A stretch of 64,000 bases of DNA from Cryomorphaceae bacterium. Lineage in GTDB: Bacteria > Bacteroidota > Bacteroidia > Flavobacteriales > Schleiferiaceae. The stretch spans positions 111,998 through 175,997 of the forward strand of contig WTIZ01000041.1 of the NCBI GenBank assembly GCA_011525035.1. Reading direction: 5' to 3'. This document shows, in pieces, positions 38,777 through 48,681 of the stretch. Made by a program: the position numbers and the translations under genes. The number at the start of each line of letters is the position of its first letter. Within the stretch, counting starts at the first letter, position 1. The notes beneath the pieces are model-generated. The model did not search any database and had not been told where the DNA came from. It saw only the letters and a program-made list of their open reading frames with translations.

Positions 38777-41200
38777 CTAGCGTACAGAGAACTTCGCAAT
38801 ACCCGCTTCACATTTTAAGACATAGGTGCCCGTAGCTAGGGAAGGGGGCAAGGCCAATTGGCTAAAGCCGTTTTCGTGAGAAACTGTACTCGAAGTAATT
38901 AACCGTCCTTTAAGATCACTGATTTCATAGGCCAATTCTTTTTGGTCCAACGAACTTTCAATTTTTAAATACCCATCAGTAGGATTTGGAAATACTTTAA
39001 ATCCTTGTCCTTGGGATTCTTCGAGCGATAAGGTTGAGGTATTTACGACGTAGTAGTAACGCGCAACGTGCTGCGGTCTAAAGCGAATATTACCAACTCC
39101 TGTATTTCCAAGGGCCTGTGTAGTAGCATTGGCTATCGGTACCCCAGTCTTCCACTTGAGGTTCGGACTTTCGGCTACAGTCATCTGATTTCCCGGCAAT
39201 CCATTCAAATCACTGTCTAACCCACCGTTGTTTGCGTTAGTATTGAAGGAGATGGTCACCTCGAAAGGCAATTCAGTTTCATAATCAATCGGTGGATCAT
39301 GACTTCCTTCATATCCTATGAAATAAAAATGATCTCTGCTGGTGGCTCCATTGCTCGGGTAATTACCTGCGGTGTAATGATGCCAAACGTAAAATGTACC
39401 GTTCAGACCTGTTGTATTGGGTTTTGGAGTGATTTTAACTCCCGTTCTTGGCAATGTTTTAGTCCCGTTTAAGTCTGCCCATTTGAAGGTGTCATATACT
39501 GAGGTGCCTAAGGATTCTGCACTATCATTAGTGCTGAGCCAGAAGTCTTGACCTGTTCCCAAATTCAACGCTTGTGAAGTAAAGGTTGAGTCTACGCTTG
39601 AAGCGGGGTAATCTGAAGAGTTGCCGAGTACAACTTTACCGCCATAGCCATAATTATAGCTATGCTTATATACAACCATTGGTGTAGTCTCTTGTGAAGC
39701 CTCGTAATTCCCTGTATGAGCGCTGAGGTGGTGAATGTTGACCTGTTTATTGGCATTGGCCCAATCTGCATTTTCGGGATAGTTTAACTCCACCCAAGCA
39801 CCGTGATATCCTGGATTGTAGATCCAATCGTTCCAGAACTTCTCGAGCGATATCCCTGTAGAGCTTTCAAAAGAGCTCTTGAAGCCTGCGGCGTCATAAT
39901 TTCCAAAAGTATTGCCAGCTATGAGTTCTTTTGAAGCGTGACTAAATAGGCTATCTCCCAAGAACTCGCGAAGGTTATGAGCGACCATGGCACCTTTCTG
40001 GTAGGTGTGGGTGCCGTAGGTTTGGTTTTGATTGACACCGCTCAGTGCCAGATGTCCACCGTCGTTTTGACGGGCCTGTTTCAAAACAAGCGCTTGGTTA
40101 TTCTGCACAGTCTGTACATATTTTGACCGGCTGTAGACCTTTTCTTCATAAAAGTGTGATCCGAATTCAGCGAAGCCTTCGTTGATCCACATGTCTTCTG
40201 CAGTTTTTGTAGTGATGGCGTTGCCAAACCACATGTGTGCCAATTCATGAGCAATAATATCCTCGCCGTTTAGATTGGCATTAGCTAAAGTGCGGGGTAG
40301 ATGCACCATTCCGGCATGTTCCATTGCACCGGTTATAGTTAGGGCATAACCGACTTTCTCAAATCGGTAAGGGCCGAACTCCTCTACGAACGCATCATAG
40401 ATAGCATTGAGATTGACAAAACCTGCTGTCATATTCGCTGTGTCTTGCGCCCGGCCGTAAATTTCAAAAGGTCGTCCGTCGTGGATCCAGCTTTGCTTTA
40501 GATAATCAGAAACAGCCATACTCACTAAGTAAGAGGGAATAGGCGCCTGTCCTTCCCAGCGCCAAACCAAATCTCCGCTGCTAAGCGTATCTGTGCCAAC
40601 GTAAATACCGTTGCTTACACCAACCTTTCCTGAAGGTGTGATGATGTTCATTTCATCAAGGGTGCTCTTCTCGACAAAATTGTCAAAGCATGGAAATAAA
40701 CTGCGTCCATAAACGTGTGGGTTGGCGGCGAATCCCACTCCAAGGTTGTAGTGATAGGCCCCGTCGTGGTGAATTCCTCCCCATCCACTAGCATCCTTCG
40801 TGGTCGAACCGTGGTAGTAAAAGTCCCAGTGCAGGGTTTGTCCGGCAACCGCCGATGCATTCACGATAACATGCTCGCCTTGCTGCGAGAAATTTAATGG
40901 ACCACTGAGTGAAACTATACTGTCAACGGTGAATCCCAATAGGTCGAATCTTAAGGAAGAGAAGGGCAATTTTGCACCCAATTGGTATTCGGCAATACCT
41001 GTGAGTTGACCATTGGCAAAGTTTCTAGAATCAATAGTCAATTTTAGCTGCACGAGATCTGCGGTATCTGACCTAGAATTATAGTTGATCGGAGCATTGC
41101 TCTGCAGGGGTAGTGGATTCAATTTGGTGCTTTGGCAATTGAATTGGCCAAAAACCGAAATGCTCAATACGGTAAAAAGTAGCAGCAATGCCTTTTTCAT
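38777..41200 (-). CDS. M1-family zinc metallopeptidase with T9SS C-terminal sorting domain
   Basis: HELAHMWFGN followed by WINEGFAEF (HEXXH-18-E), with GAMEH upstream. C-terminus VFPNPTDGYLKIES...GTYVLKCEAGIAKFSVR. The start is the ATG at 41200 (MKKALLLLFTVLSISVFGQ), 1 nt after the rlmB stop, not the track start at 41248. Confidence 0.85.
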   Translation of the reverse strand: MKKALLLLFTVLSISVFGQFNCQSTKLNPLPLQSNAPINYNSRSDTADLVQLKLTIDSRNFANGQLTGIAEYQLGAKLPFSSLRFDLLGFTVDSIVSLSGPLNFSQQGEHVIVNASAVAGQTLHWDFYYHGSTTKDASGWGGIHHDGAYHYNLGVGFAANPHVYGRSLFPCFDNFVEKSTLDEMNIITPSGKVGVSNGIYVGTDTLSSGDLVWRWEGQAPIPSYLVSMAVSDYLKQSWIHDGRPFEIYGRAQDTANMTAGFVNLNAIYDAFVEEFGPYRFEKVGYALTITGAMEHAGMVHLPRTLANANLNGEDIIAHELAHMWFGNAITTKTAEDMWINEGFAEFGSHFYEEKVYSRSKYVQTVQNNQALVLKQARQNDGGHLALSGVNQNQTYGTHTYQKGAMVAHNLREFLGDSLFSHASKELIAGNTFGNYDAAGFKSSFESSTGISLEKFWNDWIYNPGYHGAWVELNYPENADWANANKQVNIHHLSAHTGNYEASQETTPMVVYKHSYNYGYGGKVVLGNSSDYPASSVDSTFTSQALNLGTGQDFWLSTNDSAESLGTSVYDTFKWADLNGTKTLPRTGVKITPKPNTTGLNGTFYVWHHYTAGNYPSNGATSRDHFYFIGYEGSHDPPIDYETELPFEVTISFNTNANNGGLDSDLNGLPGNQMTVAESPNLKWKTGVPIANATTQALGNTGVGNIRFRPQHVARYYYVVNTSTLSLEESQGQGFKVFPNPTDGYLKIESSLDQKELAYEISDLKGRLITSSTVSHENGFSQLALPPSLATGTYVLKCEAGIAKFSVR

Positions 41201-41201
41201 G

Positions 41202-41936
41202 CTATCCTCTTTGACGCACTGCTTCGTAGAGAAGTACTCCCGTGGCAACGCTCACGTTAAGTGAATTAATCTGTCCTTTCATTGGAATTAAGGCTTTAGC
41301 ATCGGCCATTTGCAGTAGACTCTTATGCACACCGGTTTCCTCATTACCCATGATCAGCATACAAGGTTCTGCAAAAGGAGCTTCGTACATCGGAGTCTCC
41401 GTCTTTTCGGTACCAGCGATGATTTTTAAGCCGAGGCTCTGAGCCACGAAAACGGCATCTTTCATGTGGTTTACCTTACAAACCGGAATTTCAAGTAAAG
41501 CTCCTGTTGAAGTTCGTACTGCATCAGCACTCACAGGGGCACTATCGTTTTTCGGTAAGACAATGGCATCTACACCCGTGCAGTCCGCTGAGCGAGCGAT
41601 GGCTCCGAAGTTCCGAACATCTGTTATTCGGTCTAGTGCAAGGACCAAAGGCGTTCTGCCTTCATCCATAACTTTGACGATTACCTCTTCGAGATCATGG
41701 AAGTCGATGGGACTTAAGAACGCCACGGCTCCTTGGTGATTCCCGCGAGTGAGTCGGTTGAGTTTTTCTACCGGAACGTACTTAGGTTCAACACCTCTGT
41801 CTCGAAGGGTTCCTTCTAGTTGGGTGTAGAGCTGACCGCCAATGCCTTTTTGTAAAAAGACTTTATCGAGGGTTTGTCCATCTTGTACTGCCTGTAATAT
41901 CGGCCTTAAGCCGTAGATGAGTTGGTCGTTTGCCAT
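41202..41936 (-). CDS. rlmB: 23S rRNA (guanosine-2'-O)-methyltransferase RlmB (SpoU/TrmH family)
   Basis: 244 aa. N-terminal SpoU substrate-binding domain (IYGLRPILQA) and the C-terminal knot motifs LIMGNEETG and SLNVSVATGVLLYE. Confidence 0.88.
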   Translation of the reverse strand: MANDQLIYGLRPILQAVQDGQTLDKVFLQKGIGGQLYTQLEGTLRDRGVEPKYVPVEKLNRLTRGNHQGAVAFLSPIDFHDLEEVIVKVMDEGRTPLVLALDRITDVRNFGAIARSADCTGVDAIVLPKNDSAPVSADAVRTSTGALLEIPVCKVNHMKDAVFVAQSLGLKIIAGTEKTETPMYEAPFAEPCMLIMGNEETGVHKSLLQMADAKALIPMKGQINSLNVSVATGVLLYEAVRQRG

Positions 41937-43318
41937 TAGCTGTCTAGAGATTTAGGGGACTGTTCGTCAGAGAATTCTCCGAGGTTAGCACGATCAACAA
42001 TCCTGCTGTCCAATTCTTTTTTAGTCTTGCTGCCAAGTTTTTTCAAGCGTTCTACTTGACTGATCAGATTGCCTCTACCTTCCACCATCTTATTCATCGA
42101 ATCTTGGTAGGTTTTCTGAGCAGTATTGAACTGTTGTCCAAGTTTAGTCAGGTCTTCGCTTAGGCCGACAAATTTATCGTACAGTTTGCCGCCAGCCTCG
42201 GCAATTTCAATAACATTTCGCGTTTGTTTTTCTTGCCTCCATGCCATTGCAATCGTTTTTAACGTTGCGAGCAGGGTAGAGGTAGATACCAAGATGATCT
42301 TCTTCGAGAAAGCCAACTCATACAGCCCGCCGTCAAACTTCGTGGCTTCCATGAATGCGGCCTCGATAGGAATGAATAACAATACAAATTCAGGGGTTGC
42401 ACCGTCATAAAGCTGCGGATAATCTTTCTCGCTCAGTTGCTTGATGTGCGTTTGAATGCTCAAAATTAGGGCTTTCATATGCTTGAGCGCATCGTCCTCG
42501 TTTTCTGCATTGACATAGGCTTCCCAAGCAACTAAAGACACCTTTGAATCCACAATGATTTTCTTCTCCTCAGGCAACTGAATAACGACATCAGGCTGTA
42601 GACGGCGACCGTCTTCAGTGGTTTCACTGTTTTGAACGAAGAATTCTTTGTCCTTGGTAAGTCCGCTCATTTCTAAAGCACGCTCTAGAACGAATTCTCC
42701 CCAATTTCCTTGCTTTTTCGTATCACCTCGCAGTGCTTTGGCTAGACCGCTCGCCTCTGCGCTAAGCTGATCGTTCATGTTTTTCAACGCTTTGATGTTC
42801 TCCATCAATGCAGAGGTGTTTTTGAGTTCTTCTTTGTGGTTTTCTTTTACGGTTGCCTCAAAATCAACCAACTTCTGCTTGAACGGTGCTAATAGCTTGT
42901 CCAATTCTTCGCTATTGGTGGTCTTAAACTGTTTTGATTTCTCTTCAAGTACTTTTTCCGCTAAAACCTTGAATTCGTTGGCCATCACCTCTTTATCAGC
43001 TTTAGCCTGAGCTTTTTGCTCCTCAAAGTTTCTTGATTGATCCTCCAATTTTTCCTCTGCTGCCTTCAGGTTGGCTTCCAATGAACTGATTTGCTGGGCT
43101 GTTTGAACCTGCAGTGCTGTAAGGGATGCTTTCGTTTGCTCTAGCTCGGAATCTTTGTTTTCAAGTGTTCCTTTTAATTCCTTCATTTGGTCACTGGCCC
43201 AGCCGGGCAAATCACCAGAAGCTGAAGCCGATTCAGTAGCAGTTCCTCGAAATTTAAAAATGAGTAGAACTACTGCAATTAAGTTTATTACGGCAAAAAC
43301 AACACCCATCGTAGTCAT
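41936..43318 (-). CDS. rmuC: DNA recombination protein RmuC
   Basis: 460 aa. N-terminal membrane anchor, a long coiled coil and the conserved RmuC nuclease-like C-terminal region (PDVVIQLPEEKKIIVDSKVSL...FIPIEAAF). Confidence 0.9.
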   Translation of the reverse strand: MTTMGVVFAVINLIAVVLLIFKFRGTATESASASGDLPGWASDQMKELKGTLENKDSELEQTKASLTALQVQTAQQISSLEANLKAAEEKLEDQSRNFEEQKAQAKADKEVMANEFKVLAEKVLEEKSKQFKTTNSEELDKLLAPFKQKLVDFEATVKENHKEELKNTSALMENIKALKNMNDQLSAEASGLAKALRGDTKKQGNWGEFVLERALEMSGLTKDKEFFVQNSETTEDGRRLQPDVVIQLPEEKKIIVDSKVSLVAWEAYVNAENEDDALKHMKALILSIQTHIKQLSEKDYPQLYDGATPEFVLLFIPIEAAFMEATKFDGGLYELAFSKKIILVSTSTLLATLKTIAMAWRQEKQTRNVIEIAEAGGKLYDKFVGLSEDLTKLGQQFNTAQKTYQDSMNKMVEGRGNLISQVERLKKLGSKTKKELDSRIVDRANLGEFSDEQSPKSLDS

Positions 43319-43342
43319 TGGAAAAGGCTGAATTTTGGATTA

Positions 43343-44062
43343 TTAGAATAGTGATTGCTGCGCTGTTGTAGGCAATTCCCAATGTACGATTTCTAGCCCT
43401 TTTTTGAGCTGTTCATTATTAAATCTTGTGAACGGTTTGGAACCGAAAAACCCTCGATAAGCGCTGAGCGGCGATGGATGCGGAGTTTCAATTAGAGTTC
43501 TGTTTTCTTCCGACAATTCCGCAGTTACTTTTTTGGCCAATTTTGTGGCTGGGGCGCCAAAGCATATGAATCCGGCATTCTTGGAATTTTCGAGCACATG
43601 TTTAATGAGTGCTAGGGTAAAGTTCTCCCATCCTTTTTTTGCGTGTGAGCCGGCTTGGTGCGCTCTAACAGTTAATGCCGTATTAATGAGTAGTACGCCT
43701 TCTTTCTTCCATGGACTCAAGTCTCCATTCTTGGGATAGGGGAGTGCAAGATCTTCGCAATATTCCTTGAAAATATTCTTCAAGGAAGGTGGAATCTTAG
43801 TTTTTGGCGTTACCGAGAATGCTAGACCATTGGCTTGTCCGGGCCCATGGTACGGGTCTTGGCCGATGATGATGCATTTAATCTCTATGGGGTGTAACCC
43901 ACAAATGGCGGCAAGAATCTCCTCTTTTGGTGGGTAACATGCCTCTTGGGCATATTCTTGTTCTACAAACGCATCGAGCTCACGGAGATAAGGTTCATTC
44001 ATTTCCTCATCCCAGAATGCCTTCCACTCGACAGGAATCATTGTTGAAAGGAAGTTGCTCAT
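43343..44062 (-). CDS. ung: Uracil-DNA glycosylase (family 1)
   Basis: Motifs GQDPYHGPGQANGLAFSV and HPSPLSA. The start could be the internal ATG giving MIPVEW... Confidence 0.93.
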   Translation of the reverse strand: MSNFLSTMIPVEWKAFWDEEMNEPYLRELDAFVEQEYAQEACYPPKEEILAAICGLHPIEIKCIIIGQDPYHGPGQANGLAFSVTPKTKIPPSLKNIFKEYCEDLALPYPKNGDLSPWKKEGVLLINTALTVRAHQAGSHAKKGWENFTLALIKHVLENSKNAGFICFGAPATKLAKKVTAELSEENRTLIETPHPSPLSAYRGFFGSKPFTRFNNEQLKKGLEIVHWELPTTAQQSLF

Positions 44063-44133
44063 TGAGTAAGAAAATTGAGAATTCTACGTTATTTTTATCG
44101 CTCGCAATGTAGCGAAAACTAGAAGTAAAGAAG

Positions 44134-44253
44134 ATGAAAAAAGTACTTGGAGCAGCGTTGGTGATTACCGCACTATTTGCACTATCATCATGTGGAACAG
44201 CAGAAAAATGTCCTTCATATTCACATGTTGAAGTTCCTGCACAACAAGGATAA
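44134..44253 (+). CDS. Small lipoprotein candidate (39 aa), absent from the ORF track
   Basis: ATG 44134 to TAA 44251-44253 encodes MKKVLGAALVITALFALSSCGTAEKCPSYSHVEVPAQQG. It has a classic n-region, h-region and lipobox-like LSSC. Confidence 0.5.
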   Translation: MKKVLGAALVITALFALSSCGTAEKCPSYSHVEVPAQQG

Positions 44254-44623
44254 ACGTCCTTCTGAGACGAATAAAATTCAGTTCGAGCACCCGCAGTCAT
44301 TACAAGATGTTGCGGGTCTTCTTGCTTTAAATACCCCTGTGTTCTTTTACAAGCACAGTACGCGATGTAGTGTTAGTCTTTTCGCAATGCGCAGGTTAAA
44401 TATGGTGGAAGTTCAAAGCAACGAGACTTGGGTATACATAGATGTAGTTGCCCAGCGGAACTTGAGTTTAGCCTTGGCAGAGGAAGTTGATGTACGTCAC
44501 GAAAGTCCCCAGCTTATCCTGTGGAACGGCGGAAAAGTAGCTGCGCATACCTCACACAGTGGGGTAGTCGAAGATACCGTCGAAGAATGGAGAAAAGTAC
44601 ACGGTCTTGCTGAACAAGTATAG
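44225..44623 (+). CDS. ytxJ: Bacillithiol-system redox protein YtxJ (monothiol thioredoxin-like, DUF2847)
   Basis: PVFFYKHSTRCSVS (TCxS active site) and ESPQLILWNGGKV. The first plausible in-frame start inside the conserved region's reach is the ATG at 44225. The track start at 44177 would overlap most of the small lipoprotein ORF. Confidence 0.8.
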   Translation: MLKFLHNKDKRPSETNKIQFEHPQSLQDVAGLLALNTPVFFYKHSTRCSVSLFAMRRLNMVEVQSNETWVYIDVVAQRNLSLALAEEVDVRHESPQLILWNGGKVAAHTSHSGVVEDTVEEWRKVHGLAEQV

Positions 44624-44644
44624 TTTTCAATGGTTTAATAGCAT

Positions 44645-45532
44645 ATGGTAGACCAACCAAATATTGAAATTAAAAAAGACCTCAAAGGCCGCACGAAAAA
44701 GCCGAAATGGCTTCGAGTAAAGCTGCCTACAGGTGAGAATTACAAAAACGTACGTGGCCTTGTTGACAAGTACAAGCTGCATACCATTTGTGAATCTGGT
44801 CATTGCCCTAACATGGGCGAATGCTGGGGAGCCGGTACTGCAACCTTTATGATTTTAGGTAATATCTGCACGCGCTCTTGTGGTTTTTGTAATGTCGCAA
44901 CAGGTCGTCCCGAAACCGTCGATTGGGAAGAGCCGGAAAAGGTAGCTCGCAGTGTGAAGCTTATGAAAGTGAAGCACGCAGTTCTTACTTCTGTAGACCG
45001 CGATGATCTTGCCGATGGCGGATCTATTATTTGGGCAGAGACTGTAAAGGCCATTCGCCGGATCAGTCCTCAAACAACTATGGAAACGCTTATTCCAGAT
45101 TTCAAAGGCGAACTTCACAATGTGGATCGCATCATTGAGGCGAATCCTGAGATTGTAAGTCACAACATGGAAACTGTACGACGACTGACGCGTAAAGTGC
45201 GTATCCAAGCACAGTTTGATCGCTCGCTTATGGTTCTCAAATACCTTAAGGATAATGGTATCCATAGAACGAAAAGTGGCATAATGTTGGGCCTTGGTGA
45301 GACGAAAGAAGAGGTTATCGATGCGATGAAAGACCTTCGTGAGGCAGATGTAGACATTTTAACCCTCGGGCAATACCTTCAGCCTACGCCAAAGCATTTG
45401 CCTGTGGTTGAGTTTATTACGCCTGAAGTTTTTGACGAATTAAAAGAAATTGGCCTAGAAATGGGCTTTAGATATGTAGAAAGCGGACCGTTAGTACGCA
45501 GTTCATATCACGCTGAAAAGCACTTGGTATAA
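44645..45532 (+). CDS. lipA: Lipoyl synthase
   Basis: 295 aa. [12 protein letters not shown] auxiliary cluster motif and the radical-SAM CTRSCGFC. Confidence 0.96.
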   Translation: MVDQPNIEIKKDLKGRTKKPKWLRVKLPTGENYKNVRGLVDKYKLHTICESGHCPNMGECWGAGTATFMILGNICTRSCGFCNVATGRPETVDWEEPEKVARSVKLMKVKHAVLTSVDRDDLADGGSIIWAETVKAIRRISPQTTMETLIPDFKGELHNVDRIIEANPEIVSHNMETVRRLTRKVRIQAQFDRSLMVLKYLKDNGIHRTKSGIMLGLGETKEEVIDAMKDLREADVDILTLGQYLQPTPKHLPVVEFITPEVFDELKEIGLEMGFRYVESGPLVRSSYHAEKHLV

Positions 45533-45580
45533 TGAGGTTCAAGCCTTATTTTTAACACTTATAGAAAACAGAGTTTTTAC

Positions 45581-48500
45581 ATGAAAACAGGATTACGATT
45601 CGCCCTTGCTGGCACAGTCTTAACCGCCGCCATTACATCACTTGCAATCTTGCCTTCGAATGAAGCCTACGTTCCACGTACGCAAAACGAACAAGGTGCT
45701 GCAGGTGCTGCTGCTTACTTGCACGGCCTTCGCGCAAATCAAGTAACTGGTGAAATTGACCAAGAAGATGTTCTTTCGGCTATTGAAAGCTTGAAGGATA
45801 TGCCGGAAAGTAGTATCGGTTTAACTTGGGGTGAGAGAGGTCCAGACAACCGTGGTGGCCGTACGAGAGGTTTGGCAATCAATCCACAGAATCCATCTGA
45901 AATGTATACTGGTAGCGTTAGCGGTGGTTTGTACTACAGCAACAACGCTGGATTGAGCTGGACGGAAGTAAATCCTGATCAAGAGAATTTAGCAGTAATG
46001 ACCATCGCCTACTCGAAAGGCGGTGATGTTTATTACGGTACAGGTGAAGGTTTGTACAACAACTGGACGACGGGTTATGGAGCATCTACCTCTTCAGGTT
46101 TCCCAGGTGCCGGTGTGTTCAAAAAGGGTGCGAACGAGACAGAATTTTCTCAATTGAGCAGCACTTCAAACTTTAGCTCTATCGGTGCTATCGTTTGTGA
46201 CCCTTCAAACAACGATAAAGTATACATGGCAACCAATGCTGGTGTACGTGTAACAACTAACGGTGGTTCTACATGGTCTAACCCGATTACTGGAATTGGT
46301 TCTCAGGGTACTTGTTGGGACATCCATATTGATGCCGGCGGTAACGTATGGGGAACGCTAGGTGGTAGAACTATGAAGTCTACCGACGGTGGTTCAACTT
46401 GGACGGAAGTAAGTAAGTCGAACCCAGGTGCTACTGGCTTGCCAAGAAGTGGTGGACGTATCATGTTCGCCTCAGCAAAAGACGATGCAGATTACGTGTA
46501 CACTGTTCATATTACTTCAGGTAATGCACTTGCAGGTGTTTATCGCACTACAGACGGCGGCTCGACTTGGACTAAAATTGGTCAGAAATCGACCTACTTC
46601 GATCCTTTCTGTTCTTCTCAATGTCAAGGAGAGTACGATTTGTCGATTGGAGTTGATGCAGCGAATAAGAATAGAATCATCGTTGGTGGTATCACCGTAT
46701 GGGGTTGGGAGCAAGGTCAAGGTTGGAACCAAGTAAACGGTTTCGGTCCTTACAACATTCACGCAGATAACCACGATGTGGTTTGGCATCCAACGGACAG
46801 CTCTAAAGTGTACATCGTTAATGACGGTGGTATCTACTATTCAAACAACGCTGGCAACACATGGCAGACGTTGAACAAGAATTACGCTACTACGCAGTTT
46901 TACAACATTGGAATTTCTGCTGACCGTTACGTAGTTGGTGGTACTCAGGATAATGGAAGTTGGGTAATGGACGGTTCAGGAAATACGCCAAATACCGGTC
47001 GTTCTTTAGGACCAGTTGATGGATTCTCAGGAGACGGAGGTTTCTCAGCGGTTTCTTGGTTAGTACCAAAAATCTACTTCACGGAATACCAACAAGGTCG
47101 TATTGGTCGTAGCGAAAACAAAGGTCAATCGTTCAGCTCATTCTGGGACAGCCGTTCTTCTCAAGGAATCGGTTCATGGATGACGCCGTTCTACTTGTAT
47201 GAGAACAGCGACGATGCTTTAAGTACAGACTCAGTACAGTTCAAGGTGAATCAGGCAATCCGTTCTCTTGGATTTGCTAATGCTGGTCAGGATACATTCG
47301 TTTCGAACATTAAGCCATTGCAAGAAAGCGCAATCATGGATGCTTCGACATTCAAGGTAACTAGCGGAACGTTGGTGATTTCTTCAGATGCTAGCGGAAC
47401 TATGACCGGTGACGGTACGGGTACCTTTAACGCAACAACAGGAGACTTCTCAGTGGTATTCAACGGCTCACCTGCAGCGGAGATTATTGCCACTGTAGAC
47501 GTAAGCTATGCAGCGGGTTCAACAGTAAGCTTAGGTTCAAATACCAATGGTCTTCCATTCAAGTACACTTTGCCTAATGCCTTGGGCATGGGAGATAGTA
47601 TTGTTGTACAGGATCCAGTGAGCAGCATGTTTATTGTTGGTTTCAGCGGTTCTGTTTGGATGACACGAGGAGCGTTAGACTTTATGGAAACTCCTACATG
47701 GTACAAGTTGGCTAACATCACCGGAACTGCACAAGCAGTAGAAGTGAGCGCCGACGGTAACTATGCATGGGTAGGTACAAGCAACGGTCGTGTATACCGT
47801 ATTGCTGGATTGCAAGGAGCAAGAAGCTACGGAACTGCAGATTTAGATTCAGGTGCGACAGCGGTAAGCGTTGATCTAGTACATTCAGTAATTGGCCGTA
47901 ATGTTACAAGCATCGCGGTTGATCCAAATAATAATGATCGCGTTTTGGTAACGCTAGGTAACTACGGTAACCAAAACTTTGTATACTACAGTGGTAATGC
48001 TACTTCAGCGAACCCAACGTTCTCTGTGAAGGACGGTAACTTGGGCAACTTCCCAGTATACGCTGCTACTTTTGACAAGGCGAATTCAAACTATGCCATC
48101 ATCGGTACTGAATATGGAATTTTCTCTACTACCAACGTGAATGCGTTGAACCCTAATTGGGGTGCTGATAATTCAGGTTTAGCAAGAGTGCCAGTATTCA
48201 CATTGAAGCAGTACAGAACGAATAAGAACAGTACTGACGATACTGACGTAATGGAAGGCGATATTTTCGCCGGTACGTTTGGACGTGGAACGTTCCAGAC
48301 AACTACTTTGATGACGACACGTCCGATTGGTATTGAGGAGCAAGCAGGTATCGAGGAGCAAGCGACAATCAAGTTGTTCCCGAATCCAGCAGACGAAGCT
48401 ACTACGCTTGAAGCAACACTTGCAGAAGGAACGTACACCATTGAAGTTATTGACCTTAACGGTAGAACTGTATTGACACAGGATGTAGATGCACTTGTTA

Positions 48501-48610
48501 CAGGTTCGAACCAGTTTAAGGTAAATGTTAGTGGTCTTGGTAACGGCATGTATGTGATCGGTCTTCAAGGCAAGGCAGATTCTTACACTCGCTTGATGAT
48601 TGCACACTAA
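45581..48610 (+). CDS. Large secreted BNR/Asp-box (sortilin/VPS10-like) beta-propeller protein with T9SS C-terminal sorting domain
   Basis: 1009 aa with a signal sequence. Repeated Asp-boxes (TTNGGSTWSN, STDGGSTWTE, TTDGGSTWTK, SNNAGNTWQT). C-terminus LFPNPADEATTLEA...GMYVIGLQGKADSYTRLMIAH. Confidence 0.8.
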   Translation: MKTGLRFALAGTVLTAAITSLAILPSNEAYVPRTQNEQGAAGAAAYLHGLRANQVTGEIDQEDVLSAIESLKDMPESSIGLTWGERGPDNRGGRTRGLAINPQNPSEMYTGSVSGGLYYSNNAGLSWTEVNPDQENLAVMTIAYSKGGDVYYGTGEGLYNNWTTGYGASTSSGFPGAGVFKKGANETEFSQLSSTSNFSSIGAIVCDPSNNDKVYMATNAGVRVTTNGGSTWSNPITGIGSQGTCWDIHIDAGGNVWGTLGGRTMKSTDGGSTWTEVSKSNPGATGLPRSGGRIMFASAKDDADYVYTVHITSGNALAGVYRTTDGGSTWTKIGQKSTYFDPFCSSQCQGEYDLSIGVDAANKNRIIVGGITVWGWEQGQGWNQVNGFGPYNIHADNHDVVWHPTDSSKVYIVNDGGIYYSNNAGNTWQTLNKNYATTQFYNIGISADRYVVGGTQDNGSWVMDGSGNTPNTGRSLGPVDGFSGDGGFSAVSWLVPKIYFTEYQQGRIGRSENKGQSFSSFWDSRSSQGIGSWMTPFYLYENSDDALSTDSVQFKVNQAIRSLGFANAGQDTFVSNIKPLQESAIMDASTFKVTSGTLVISSDASGTMTGDGTGTFNATTGDFSVVFNGSPAAEIIATVDVSYAAGSTVSLGSNTNGLPFKYTLPNALGMGDSIVVQDPVSSMFIVGFSGSVWMTRGALDFMETPTWYKLANITGTAQAVEVSADGNYAWVGTSNGRVYRIAGLQGARSYGTADLDSGATAVSVDLVHSVIGRNVTSIAVDPNNNDRVLVTLGNYGNQNFVYYSGNATSANPTFSVKDGNLGNFPVYAATFDKANSNYAIIGTEYGIFSTTNVNALNPNWGADNSGLARVPVFTLKQYRTNKNSTDDTDVMEGDIFAGTFGRGTFQTTTLMTTRPIGIEEQAGIEEQATIKLFPNPADEATTLEATLAEGTYTIEVIDLNGRTVLTQDVDALVTGSNQFKVNVSGLGNGMYVIGLQGKADSYTRLMIAH
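48329..48364 (+). repeat. In-frame 18-bp tandem duplication (2 copies) encoding GIEEQA-GIEEQA
   Basis: GGTATTGAGGAGCAAGCA followed by GGTATCGAGGAGCAAGCG. The two differences are both synonymous. It lies in the linker just before the T9SS CTD. Confidence 0.9.
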
Positions 48611-48628
48611 TCTTTTTGAAATAGATAG

Positions 48629-48657
48629 AAAGCCCCGCCTCGGCGGGGCTTTTTTTT
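48629..48657 (+). terminator. Intrinsic terminator
   Basis: Stem GCCCCGC (48632-48638) / GCGGGGC (48643-48649), followed by TTTTTTTT (48650-57). Confidence 0.85.
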
Positions 48658-48681
48658 GCCCTTAAGGGTTATTTTTGCGCC

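Noticed and set aside
41936-43318. RmuC, and the LOG protein at 17879-18565, as parts of an anti-phage defence system.
   Set aside because: Both are single genes embedded in housekeeping operons (rmuC-rlmB; LOG beside uvrA). They have no adjacent nuclease, ATPase, sensor, methylase or other defence partners.
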